Source: Cyanidioschyzon merolae
Taxonomy: Eukaryota
DNA length: 64,000 nucleotides
NCBI GenBank assembly: GCA_000091205.1
Contig: AP006494.2
Strand: one strand, 5' to 3'
Positions 22,269-33,488 of this stretch are shown one piece after another; position 1 is the first letter of the stretch; each line of letters opens with the position of its first letter. The position numbers and the translations under genes were made by a program. The notes under the pieces were generated by a model. That model worked only from the letters and a program-made list of their open reading frames with translations, did no database searches and was not told the origin of the DNA.

Positions 22269-23987
22269 ATGCCTTGCCTACGATGCGCGATGCTACGTGT
22301 AGACTGGAACGAGAGACGCTCTACGCGCTCAGCGTCCAGAGTGGCATTCGGGGTACGATCTGCTTCGAACTCGATCAGTGGGAATGGATTGGGGTCAAGC
22401 GGCAAGCGACATCGTGCATGCAAGCCGCTTCCCTGGAAGCAGATAAACTTCGCGCATGCCCGGGATTCCTGGTAAGACTCATCGATCTCATGTGGTAAAT
22501 ATCGTGAACACAAGGTCTATCGCTGGCCGACCGCCTTTGACGCATACGAGACGTGGATGTGTCTCATAGATTGGAGACGTGGACGAAAAACTTCACTCGT
22601 AAGTGTTTTGTGCAGCAGGCTCAACATCGAGCTGCCTCATATTTAGTAAGTTTGTCTGGTATGCAGACAGGTGCGAACCGCTTCAAAAATTCCAGCAATT
22701 GTCGCGTCGGACCTCGAGGCGTTTTGATGCGAACTGCACGAAGCTCTGATCAGCTTGTCGCAGCGTTGAATGGGCGTCATTGAACAGGGATTTCCAAAAC
22801 GCGTCATTGCTGTTGGCAACCAGAGCAGTGATCACCTCTCGCCCATAGATTCCCCCATGCTCTACCGACTCCAAACCAGTCTCTGCATTGGATAGAGGCC
22901 AGATCGACCTAGCAATGTCCCGAGCGCGACGCTCAAGTCGAACGCTTGCGGGTACGCTCCATGCGCCGCTGTTGGCGCTGCTGCCCTCGTGCAGACACAG
23001 AACAGCTTTGGATTGCCTTGAGAGGCATCGGCTCGTGGCACACCGGTCAGGGTGCGCATCCGGGATCCATGCGAGTGCTCTGTCTGACAGAAGTGCGCAC
23101 GTTTAGCCTGTGAACGTTTGACTGGCTCAGTGTTCTGGAACGGCTCGCCAGTGCGCCGCAGTGTTTCCTGTTCACGACCACGTATGGCTCATTGAGACTG
23201 AAAGCGCATGTAATTAAATGTTCTGAGCTCACCCGCACGAGTGAATAGCTGATACTTGGTGGCAAATGAGAGCCACGGCACAAGCCGGCGGCCGTGAGCG
23301 CGCCTGGACCGAACCCCGTCCTCGCGCCAAACCAGTCGCAATCATATTCTAAGCTTGTGTAAAGGCGGTTTTGTGACAAGTTGCACCTTAATGTGTATTT
23401 TCAAGCGGGAACGCTCGAAAATGCGCGTGGGAACAGCGAAAGATTTTGCGGCTGAATCGAGCACACTTCTCGCGTAGCACGAAGTAAGTGTCCACGATTC
23501 GCGTTCTGCCGGTGGAATGTTTTGACGCGGCAGTTTTTCATATCGAATTCAAACTGGAATACAGACGATGCTCCAGCGTCATTCTACCCATTTTAGATTA
23601 AAATGGGACGCGCTCCTTACTCGGGTGTCCAGGAGAAACGTTCGCTTTCATTCAATTATCGCAAGCCAGACATTTTGGGACAGTTTTGGAAGCAGATATC
23701 TTTTTCTCTCGCTCATATCCGAGTTTCCATCGCCGCTCTCTCCTCTCGCCGCGGCATCGTTATCGGCATTCAAAGGATGTCGGTGGTGAGTTTGAAGTTT
23801 CAACTTGGTTCTTTCCTGCTGTTTTTCACAGGTTTGATGCGCAGATGGTGGTCGCCATCTACGCTTCGCTTGCCCGTTTGATCGCCTTGTTATATAGCAT
23901 ACGTTTGCCTTTCGCAGCGGGTACACTTGGCTCAGTTCAGACGTTCCCGTACTTCCACCCCATTTCCTACACCCCGGGGGCTTCCTT

Positions 23988-24488
23988 GTGGTGCATAAAC
24001 GCTCACCTCATCGCTCAGCAAAAGTAGTTGACTGGTGCAATGGGCTTCCTGTGATGCGCTCCTCTGTTTCATGCCCAGTATTGTACGCTCCAATCACCGG
24101 CTTCTTCGCGCGAGCCATTTGGCGAGTACTCTGTCGGAGGCACCGTAAAGAGCATGGTTTCGCATTTGATACGGAATTTGTGGAACTCGATGTTGCCCAA
24201 AATGAAAAAGCACCGGAAGGAAGCCATAGGCTGGAGATCAAGTCGACATATCTCGATCCGTCTGCGCCCGTATCAGACAAAACGGTTGCGCATTATCCAC
24301 AGGAAGCCAGCGCTGCGATAACTCAACTCCGAGCGCGGGACCTGTTTGCTTTCAAACAGAGGAGGCGGATGCCTTTGGAAGCGTATCTCAAGACAGGCAT
24401 CGTGCTGCCGTTGAATGCCGTCTCCTTGGTGGCCAAAAATAAACAAATCTTGGTCCTTCTGAGCAGAATCGATTATTTGACGCGATAG
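23988..24488 (+). CDS. hypothetical protein (166 aa)
   Basis: ORF only. Confidence 0.15.
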   Translation: MVHKRSPHRSAKVVDWCNGLPVMRSSVSCPVLYAPITGFFARAIWRVLCRRHRKEHGFAFDTEFVELDVAQNEKAPEGSHRLEIKSTYLDPSAPVSDKTVAHYPQEASAAITQLRARDLFAFKQRRRMPLEAYLKTGIVLPLNAVSLVAKNKQILVLLSRIDYLTR

Positions 24489-25639
24489 TTTTAGAGAACT
24501 TTCAGTAAGAGTTCTTGAATATGTCCCCAATGGAGCAGGTCGAAGTTTTTCCTCGTCAATCCAGTGACGTGCATTGCTGCGTCCGTGGATCACATTGAAA
24601 GAGAAAGATCCAAAACTTGAAACGTATTTGATTTAAGCATGCCAAACCTGAGAAAAGGAGAAGCGTGGAGACTTGTACGTAAGCATTGAATGCTCGATTT
24701 CGGTCATTCGACGAGCCCTCCTTTGGGGGCATCGCAAATCATCTCGGATCCCGCAAATGAAAGAGTTCCGGCGGCTACAAGTCCAGGGAGCCACCCAAAA
24801 ACGCCTCCGAGAATCCCAAAACTATTATTGAATTCGTAAGCACGCATGGCTTCACTTCGAATGCCGAGGCCTTACATCCGAACAGAGTTCGAGAAATCGA
24901 AAACCATGAAGAGAGCGAGCAGTGCTCTCTTCCATTTTGATAGAACCCGGGTCATCGATGCCAAAAACTCGGTGCAGCACTTTCGGATTGTATGCAGCTA
25001 TGCACCCAGTTGCTTTCGAGAAAGCGTCCATTATGCTGCACTCTACCCTAAGGTTCCATTACCCATATTTTCTCTCGGAGGTAATGGTCGTTTTGTACGT
25101 TCTATGTGCGCCAAGTGCATGCCGTGAACATCCGCTGTATGGCCTAAACCGCTAGTGCGGATGCAGCATCGGGACAGTACGGCTTTGCCTTACAACTGAG
25201 GTCGTCGGCTCGAGGCGTGCTGCTCTTGACACAAGGTCGGGATTCATAATCATTCTGGGAGCCTGCAATCTGCGCTGATAGACGTCCTGCCTGCGACAGC
25301 GCGAAGCGATATACTAGGAGATGACTGCATCGTGGGCGACGCCCAGACGCAGCACATCCGCTCCTTGCCCCAGTATAAACGGCTTCGCAGACGAGCTGCT
25401 CAGGTCTCACTATAGCGCAAGCCACTGCCGAGTCTCACTGTAGCGCGAGCCAGGCAGCCTCGTCCGGGTTGCGGGATCTCCCTACTGGAAGGTATACTTT
25501 CGCGAATGCGGCAAACTTTTTCCTCTTCTCACTTTTACCGAAGAGGTGGGGATTGTTATCTCGTCGCTAGTTTGTGCCTAGTTTCTGTTCTTTTTTCTAT
25601 AATGCGCTCGATACGTGCACATCCATATCTCGCAGGCAT

Positions 25640-28168
25640 TAGACACGACGCATATCTCACCGCTGATGGGAAACGCGACCCCTCTCAGATGTAGACTCGC
25701 ACCGGAAACACGCGAAGCAGCATGTGGAGCATGCACTGTTGCTGGGGACGAGGTCCATGTACGACAACATCATGGTCTACCGATATTAAGCGTGTTGCTC
25801 TAACGCATGCTTTCTATTTGCGTTCAAGTCCTAGCAAAATATAGTGTTTGTTCGGAATTCTGCTTCAGCCCACATGCGAGCGTGTCCAAGAGTTTTTTCG
25901 TTTTTTTAGCATACGCGTTCGAAGTGCGCTCACTTTCAAAAATCAAAATTCAAGGAAAAGTTACGGACATACAAGTCCAGGATCCTGGAGGCCCAGTGTC
26001 GCCAGGTTCGACACGAAATGAAAAACAATGCTGAGTCCAGAGGAACAGGAGAAGACGAAGAAGCAGATGCAGGAGGCCAGGCGTCAAAAGCTGCATGAGA
26101 AGCGACAGTATGACGAGATGGCAATGGAAGCCTTTCTTCTACGTCAAATAAATGATCCGTACGAACAAAAGTTGCGAGAGGCTATCAGAAACCGTGTCGA
26201 GTCGTACTCCATGAGTATTATCAAGGCTTCGTCTTGGCTAATGCGTAAGGTGAGTAAGATGTACCATGACGTTACGGGCATCAAAATAGTCGAGGTTCCG
26301 GAGGAATTTTTCAACAAGACATTTGCTCGCCACCCCATGTTTGGCACAGAGTAGGCGTCGACGAGAAATGAGCGAGTGCATGCCCTCTACGAAAACCACG
26401 CTGAGTACCGCTTCAACGGTATTCGATACAGGGGTGATTCGCGTATTCACGAATAGGGAGCAATGCAGTGCGCTACGAACCTGAGGCACCAAATGATTAT
26501 GAACCTCGAACGTTTCGTGATTCGCTCCATCTTTGCGCTGTACCCGGGCCTCCCTCGTAACGGGATATGGAACACTACCAATGCCATCACAAACGGTTGC
26601 CAGCATGAAGATGAGATCGAATTCTTCAGCAAGCAGACATTGCACATTATCAGGAATGAAGATTCTGTTATCCGTGGGGCTGTTCAAGAGCACCGTGCGG
26701 TTCTTTGGCTGGTCAACCAAATAGAAAAGGTATCAGATATGAGAAAAGATGGAGAAGGATGTCGTCCCCTCATCCTCTGCTTTTTCGTGTTTTTGGACCG
26801 AGAAATCGAACGCAAGGCGGAGATGGAGCTGGGTGTGGGTAAAAAGGAAGAAGCAGAGAAACGGAAGGTTGCGCTTCTGAGGAAGCGCCTCAGTGTCGTT
26901 CCGTTGTTCAACATCAAGTCACATTTTGTGACAATCGACTCCGCAGCCCTTTACGTCACCATGAAGGAGATCAGTCCGGAGTTCGATGTGAGGAAGATAG
27001 AATTCACCGGTGAAAACCGGGAGACGTACTGTAAGAATATCTTTGATTTCAAACGTCTGAAAAAAATACGAAAAAGATATTCACAGGGACGATCGACAGC
27101 GATGGAGTATCCATATGCGTACCCTTTCGGCGCTTGAAGACAGATTGTCCTATTCCACCCTCGATATCGCCCGTGACGAAGCATGAGGATAGGAAGGAGG
27201 CGAATCTGGCGACGCAGGAGGTGCAGGAGAACGACTTTGTTGGAGGCGCGGGCCCTAGGAACATGAATATCATAACCACCGCTGCACCCAAGTGTGCGGA
27301 AGATGGAATCGACGGCAACATACGTTAGAAAGACATGCGTCTGTTAAAGCTCTCAAGAGCGAGATATTACCGAGATTCGGGAATAATGAATACGAGGAAA
27401 AAGACTGAGACGTGAAATGCAGGAGGGAATGAGCACTTGGAGGCGCTCAGCCCGGTACCTCTCAACGGAGCGGACTTTCAAGCTTTTCTAGAGTTCATGG
27501 AAACTCGTGCTGCTCATGACGAGGAGCTGTGGAAAGAGTGTACAGAGCACCGGCGGGCTCGTCAGCGTATGAACCTGTATAGAGGGGGCAGCATGCATTC
27601 GCCAAGATCATGAGTCAGTTGAGCGCCCTCAAGGAAGACGAGAGTCAAAAGCTCGTAGTAGCATATCTAGCAGGGCGCTGGGCACCCAACAAAGGTAGCA
27701 TACCCACTTCGTCGACGCGTGCCTACGTGAAGTGCGCACGCCGTTTTTTCCCAGTACCGATGGATGACTTTCGAAAATCCGACCCACACTACGAGTTGGG
27801 GGTGCATACTTCAGAGCTTAGGGATGGAGCGCAAGCAGCAGTGCACGAGAGCGATAGAAAAGTACGAAGAGCTGACGGAGCAGGAAACTGCACCGAGGAC
27901 CCGAGTTCGAGGTCTCCTTCCAACGGCGCGTTCAACCAGCAGCAATTAAATCAAGGAGTTCGTGAACCGTGACTTTCATGCTGCTATCAATTTAAGACGA
28001 TGTTCGGTGTTAAAGACGAGACCCGTAGGGCTGACACGCGCGATCCAACTCTGTGGGGCACCCTCTTAGTCTCAAGATGGTACAAGGAGAAGCAGGAACC
28101 GATCGCAAGCGCCTTGTCAAAAATGGCCGGAAATCGTCTTTGAGTGGGCGTGTCTAAATATACTCCAT
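25640..28168 (+). mobile_element. Fanzor (eukaryotic TnpB-like) element, long copy A, degenerate
   Basis: It is collinear with copy B from the left region (25640-25990 vs 42115-42440) through the protein-coding body to the conserved 3' block (27945-28168). The terminus is ...gtgtctaaatatactcc. Confidence 0.75.
26028..28066 (+). pseudogene. Fanzor/TnpB-like RuvC nuclease gene, copy A (multiple frameshifts and stops; RuvC-I Asp replaced)
   Basis: Segments in three frames are homologous to copy B: the N-terminal DPYEQKLREAI...FFVFLDRE, then [13 protein letters not shown]...NIFDFKRL. The RuvC-I region reads NDFVGGAGPRNMNIITTAAP, with GAGP where copy B has GADPG. The Zn-finger region is KCARRF and RuvC-III is EFVNRDFHAAINLRRCSVLKTRPVGLTRA. 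Confidence 0.7.
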
Positions 28169-28639
28169 GATTGTAGAACGTTTATCGTTTTGCAGAACAA
28201 GCTGAACAAACCTCACGGGATGCCGTCCCCGCTCCACGACTACGGACATACGTCAAGGCCGCAGCGGTTTGCGCGTTACCACTGCGCGTACTGCAAGTGC
28301 GTGCGCGACGGAGTCTGCACGACGCTTTGCGAACACGTTGGAGCTCTCTGCGTTCTATTGCTTCTCTCTGAAGGTGTTCACCTCACTATCGTTCTTTCCG
28401 AAAGTTTTCGCAGCAGCCTCTTGTTGCCTTTGAGAATGAGTCGGGATAACCAAGGTTTGCAACCACAAAGTCACAGCACGGCGTTCTGTGTGTTTGCGCC
28501 GTGGCCTCGAAACCGGAGTGCGGCCGGGACGCAGCGCGACCTGCGAGTCGGATGTCAGCGCTGGCCCCGTTTTTCCGCAGGTGGTGTCTCCATCTCCGCA
28601 GAACACGCCCAAAGGGAGAGGACGCTGAGGTCTCTGAAA

Positions 28640-29071
28640 ATGGCTGACATTGGCCGTAAAGGACCCGGCAAGATTGGAGGCAAGCCAGCAGAGTTCGCCC
28701 CGGGCACGGGAGCAGGTGCTCCCGGCGGTGACGAGTCCGGGGAACGAGAACGAGAAGGTGGGGGCGTTGCTGTCATCACAAAGACGAAGCCAGCCGTTCG
28801 AGAAAAAGAAAAGACGGCAAAAGAGCCGATGTGGCGTGTTTTACTGCACAACGATAATATTCACACGTTCGACTATGTTACACATACGCTCGTCAAAGTG
28901 GTGAAGACGTTGACCCGCTACAAGGCCCACCGTATTACAGTGCATGCTCACAAAGCCGGCGTCGCAACGGTTACAACGACCTGGAAACAACTCGCAGAAG
29001 AGTACTGCCAGGGACTACAACGCGAGGGCCTCACAAGCAGCATCATGCCGGACCACTCAGGTACACAGTGA
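28640..29071 (+). CDS. clpS: ATP-dependent Clp protease adaptor ClpS-like protein
   Basis: The core [26 protein letters not shown]...[28 protein letters not shown] matches the ClpS fold (YKVILHNDDYTPMEFV...). The start is placed at MADIG. The frame is open upstream to 28190 and contains a hydrophobic stretch. Confidence 0.7.
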   Translation: MADIGRKGPGKIGGKPAEFAPGTGAGAPGGDESGEREREGGGVAVITKTKPAVREKEKTAKEPMWRVLLHNDNIHTFDYVTHTLVKVVKTLTRYKAHRITVHAHKAGVATVTTTWKQLAEEYCQGLQREGLTSSIMPDHSGTQ

Positions 29072-29084
29072 AAGTGTCCCTTGG

Positions 29085-29357
29085 CTAGTTTGAACTGAGC
29101 GACTGCCGTTTCTGTAGTTCACGCTGTTTTTGAACTAAAAGCTCCTGTGTTTTTCGAAGGGCCTCCCGGCCGTTGACAAGCAACTCCAGGATTCTATCCG
29201 GTTGCGTTTCAAGACGACCCGCTTCAAACTCCTTACGGAGCGTCTCCGCAAGGATCTCTCGCCACGCCTTGCCCGATGGATGTTGCCAGGTGAAAGCTTT
29301 ACAAGTGCGGAGGCTTTCTCTGTACAAGCTTAGTGCTTCGTGCCGAAGTAGGCGCAT
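29085..29357 (-). CDS. LYR-motif (Complex1_LYR family) protein, 90 aa
   Basis: It has the N-terminal LSLYRESLRTCKAF...W pattern typical of LYRM/ISD11/SDHAF-type proteins. It is small and basic. Its stop lies 13 bp from the clpS stop, and the two genes are convergent. Confidence 0.55.
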   Translation of the reverse strand: MRLLRHEALSLYRESLRTCKAFTWQHPSGKAWREILAETLRKEFEAGRLETQPDRILELLVNGREALRKTQELLVQKQRELQKRQSLSSN

Positions 29358-29988
29358 ACCGCTTGCTGCGCAACGCGAACGCAGATGGCATTGCGCGCCC
29401 TTTCGTTACGTGACGACGAGCGGGCCCGAGCAGCGCCATACGGATTCGCGACACTTAGACATAGCTGCCCCACGTAATTACATGCGCGTTGGGGCGGCGG
29501 CATGTTTGCGCGGCGGCAGGAAATCGGTTATGGCCGCAAAATGCCTCTGCCGGGAGCTCGAGGGTAGAAATCGCGCATGCCTGAGCCGCACGCTCGCTGC
29601 TGCCGAGACGCGATTGAATGCCCGGCGAGACGCGCGGCGGCCTCGGTGCCAACCCAGGTTCAGAATTCAGAGTGCAAGCGCACGAGCGCGAAAAGCAATA
29701 TACACTTTTCTTTGGCAGTTTGACGCGCGGCTCCAGCGAGTTTGGGCGACTCTCTTGAAAGATTCACCCTCTTTGCACTAGCAGCCTTGGCACGTAGAGG
29801 TGTCAACAGTCGACTAAAGAGTAGTGCTGGCCGCTTGCACTAGAGTTCGTCGCGCCGCGAACGCACTCGGAGGAGTTCTATTGGCTTGGGCAGCCCGTTC
29901 GGTGTTGTTGGGGTTTTCGCGTTTCTCAGCGTGGAACTAGGGCCGTAAGCCTTCAAAATCATCGACTTTTGTTCGCGAGTTTACGGCT

Positions 29989-30573
29989 ATGAGTGGTAAC
30001 GAGGCACTTTCGTCAGCTCCACCGAGCTCGACAGGCGACGGTGCCCACGGGGGAGACTCCCTCAGCCACACTGCAAAGGATTCCCCGAGCGGAGCGACCT
30101 TAATAGGAGAAACGACAGAGCAGGGCGCCGCGAAACCCAAATCAAGTAGGCCGTTCCCGAATAGACCGAGCGAAAGTGAGCTGCAAAACTCCGTAGGCCT
30201 CATGGTGCGAAATATTCCCTTTGGAACGAGACAGGAGGACTTACTCGAGCTCTTTCGCCCATATGGTGATGTCATAGACATATTCATTCCCTGGGATCGA
30301 CAGCTTAGGCGGATCCGCGGTTTCGCTTTCGTTCGGTTGCAAACGCTCGAACAAGCGGAGGCAGCGATCGCGGCGTTAGACGGATCCACCATGCGTGAGC
30401 GCATCATTGCGGTGAAACGAGCCGAGTACGAGCGCGGTGAGGGCCCGGTCTCACAACACGCTGGGGCCAGTGACGGTCGAAGGGGACAAAGTAGACGCCC
30501 CAGGAGAAGTGACGGAAGAAGCACCCGTCGGCGTAGACCGAGGTCACGTAGTTTTGAAGGCGGGAATACGTAA
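29989..30573 (+). CDS. RRM-domain RNA-binding protein with C-terminal RS-rich tail (SR-like)
   Basis: RNP-2 is LMVRNIPF and RNP-1 is RGFAFVRL, within an ~80 aa RRM. The C-terminus is RRGQSRRPRRSDGRSTRRRRPRSRS. Confidence 0.7.
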   Translation: MSGNEALSSAPPSSTGDGAHGGDSLSHTAKDSPSGATLIGETTEQGAAKPKSSRPFPNRPSESELQNSVGLMVRNIPFGTRQEDLLELFRPYGDVIDIFIPWDRQLRRIRGFAFVRLQTLEQAEAAIAALDGSTMRERIIAVKRAEYERGEGPVSQHAGASDGRRGQSRRPRRSDGRSTRRRRPRSRSFEGGNT

Positions 30574-32541
30574 GCAACGAATGCCGCGCGCAGTCCAGGA
30601 CAAGCGGGTGATATTGCCACCGCTTCGTAGAAAAATGATTAGAAACTTCGTATGGGTTTGCTGAGGAAAATCCGTCACAAGCAGTTTAGGAAAGCCACCA
30701 TGGGTGAAAACGTCATGGTTCGGGCGTTTTGCATGCACTTTCAAAACTAGACAAGTGGATACATGTTGAAGCCGTTTCATAAAGAGCAATGGTCGACGTT
30801 TGGAGAATTTTCACTCGAGCCGCAGGAGATAACCTCCTCATGGGGGGTTGGGGTAATTCTGTTGAGTTTGCAGGGTGTATCGCAAGCGACAGCTTACAGG
30901 AGTGCCAGGACACGCGCATGTATGATGGGCATCACCCTCACCGCACATGTTGCTCCATCAAGGTGCAGTTTCTGTTTGAGGGAAACGAACACGTCGAGCG
31001 AACAACTAATGGAGGTGTATTTCATGATCGTGCTTTCGTCAAGGGCAAATGTTGCTGCCATTTGCAGCTCGTTCATGCGCTTTTGCACGTTCTAGAGTAT
31101 GCGCCGTCCTTTAAGCGGTATTTGTACTGTGCAGAGAGGATACACTGAAGAGTGCGCGCCCCTGTTTTTCAATGCGAGGCGTGCTCGTTTGCTGCACTTG
31201 AACAGTTCAGTGTAACGGGAAGACATTTGGAATCCATCTCAAGGGGATGCTAAACGCGTCCGTCCAGCACTCGCTTTTTGACCTGCTGACAAGGTCGCCG
31301 ATGCATCGAAAATCGCATAGATAGAGCTCGGCAAAGCGTTCACCGATTCTCTGTTAGCCGCCTAGTGGAATCCTCTTCCTCGCGTTTCCGTGACCAGTCG
31401 AGCGACCCCTGCATATGATGCTCAAAATCTGCACGTGTCTGCTGGTTCACGGTAGTGCATCTGGGCTGCACAGAAACGGTCTCCATGACAGATGGAGCGA
31501 ATTTTTCCGACGATGCCTGAGATTCGTTCGTGTCCGCTGCTTCAAGATTGTACATTTGCGTTCTCCGGAATCTGGCTCAGGGAAATTCGCTCTGCGGGGC
31601 TACAGAGAAGAAACGGAGCTGGCAAACGCCAGCGCTCCCGCGTCGCGAACGCCTCTCGTGCGATCCCAACACACGCTTGTGACTCGAAACTTCTCGGGCA
31701 CCCTGGTTTCGTGCCCGCTCGGCAGGGAGCCTTTATGGCTCAAGAACCTGTCTCCTCTGCAGAGCATGCTTCGTTCGTTGCTCGCCATCAAAAATGTTCC
31801 AACTGATGCGCTTTGCAGATCTATGCATAATGCACTGTTATAACTGCTTCGACTGTGCTGACATCGACGAAGAAAACATACCTGCGGAGGTACGTGCTGT
31901 ATTGTGGCTTCCCCAGCATTCTGCTTCCTCGTGTGACCTCGCAGTGCGAACCCTGGAATTGCACGCTTTGTGGCGAGCGACCTCGAGGGCAATGGTGCAT
32001 CTGCAACCACGATACATGGTTTCGCACCGAAGCCGAAGCGCATACGCTCCGCCTCGCCACCGTACCTGCAATATTCTATCGCCCTACCATCGTGGCATTT
32101 TGGCGCACCTTCCCGTACATTTGGGCACGCTCTAGTAAGTGCGACAGCGATGAACACCAACACATTAGCCGCATTGTCGCTCAAATCATGAGAAGGCTTC
32201 CGTATGCATCATATAACGCATTTGCCCTGGGCGAAAGAACGTTACCCACATTATTTCTAGTCAGAGTGCAGAGCCGAACGAAATTTTCATGATCAGAGAT
32301 GGAAAACTGGAGGACTCGATCCGAGCTTGCGACCTAGCCCACAACGCTTTATATGCCGCTGCAATGATCTTTGTATTTACAAAACATGGAAGAGCAGCGG
32401 GTACAACTTCCCATGCACGATTGGTGAAGGAAAGGCCTCGAGCGATCGCGTAAATGTACTAATCCATGTAAGTGCAATGGCGTAAATACCCGTTTCCTTA
32501 AAAATTACGCCGGAGACGAAACTCGCGAGTCAGCTATGTGC

Positions 32542-33213
32542 CTATCGCGCTGGTGCCGAGGCCAGATCTGGTGTCCATCGAGGAGATACTTGTTCTGCTC
32601 GCTCAGCATCGCGAAAGACCTTCTCGCGCAACATATCCAGCAACAAGTTGGGTACATGGTCAGCCCCATCTCCAATGACTTGCTTCTGTTTGGCCAGGAG
32701 CTGCTCTAACATGTGGCGCAGTGCAGTCTCCAGCTCCGCTGGTGCCTGTGGAGCCGACACGGCCGCTCCTTGTGACTCTCCATGCTCAGAGTCTGTATGA
32801 CGTGTCGCTTCAGTGACTGCGGATGCTTGAACAGCTCGCCGTCGGCTACTCAGCGAGGTTGTTCCAGGTGCCGCAATACGCAGCGCACGTGCGGCTCGCG
32901 AGCTCTGCTTCGCATGTTTCCGCGTGCCACTAGACGAAGACTGGGAAGCCGTGGGCTGCGTAACACAAGTTTCGACAGTACTCCCTCGATCGGTCCCCTC
33001 TAGGACGTAGCCTATCGTCTGTAGCTCCTCAGCGGTGAAAAGAGCACATAATCGCGTCGCTCTCAGTTTGCGAGGCATTCGAATCAACTGCGAGTGGAAG
33101 CTGTTCCTAACGAGTAGTACAGCATCTTCAACCGCTTTCTGAATCTCTGAACAACAAAGTTCGACTTCCCGTTCAATATTCTTGATTTCCAACGCTTTCT
33201 TCGAATAGTCCAT
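32542..33213 (-). CDS. hypothetical protein with Borealin/Nbl1-like N-terminal helix
   Basis: The start is placed at MDYSKKALEIKNIEREVELCCSEIQKAVEDAVLLVRNSFHSQLIRMPRKLRATRL, which resembles the Borealin N-terminal (..ILRLPKALREM..) segment. The ORF track extends it to 33819, which would overlap the divergent prephenate dehydratase gene. Confidence 0.3.
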   Translation of the reverse strand: MDYSKKALEIKNIEREVELCCSEIQKAVEDAVLLVRNSFHSQLIRMPRKLRATRLCALFTAEELQTIGYVLEGTDRGSTVETCVTQPTASQSSSSGTRKHAKQSSRAARALRIAAPGTTSLSSRRRAVQASAVTEATRHTDSEHGESQGAAVSAPQAPAELETALRHMLEQLLAKQKQVIGDGADHVPNLLLDMLREKVFRDAERAEQVSPRWTPDLASAPAR

Positions 33214-33488
33214 GGCTTCGTTCACCGCGAAAGCACAGAGCGGACCAATACCTCGAGAGACGCAGAGCGCTGCGTTCGCAACGGTCGTTTCCAGCGCCGC
33301 GCGCCCCGCAGCCTGCCCGTACGGCTGCACGCACGATTCGCTGCGTGCGCGATCTGCGGGCTCTGCGCCGTACGCCACCGTGCACGCGCCGCCGGGCGCT
33401 GCACGCTGTGCACTGGACGCCTCCAGGTGCAGTTTCTCTTGGCCTGCGTGCGAAACTGTGCCTGGAACTGCCGTATCGGTAAGACTTA

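Noticed and set aside
25640-28168. Interpretation as a prokaryotic IS200/IS605 TnpB locus, or contamination
   Set aside because: No TnpA or bacterial genes are adjacent. The element is embedded between intronless eukaryotic nuclear genes (uL5, mtHSP70, SR-protein) and is present in multiple dispersed copies. It is therefore a eukaryotic Fanzor-type element.
31600-32292. Overlapping ORFs 31600-32184 (-) and 31855-32292 (+)
   Set aside because: They overlap each other, have no motifs and have odd composition. There is insufficient support to call either.
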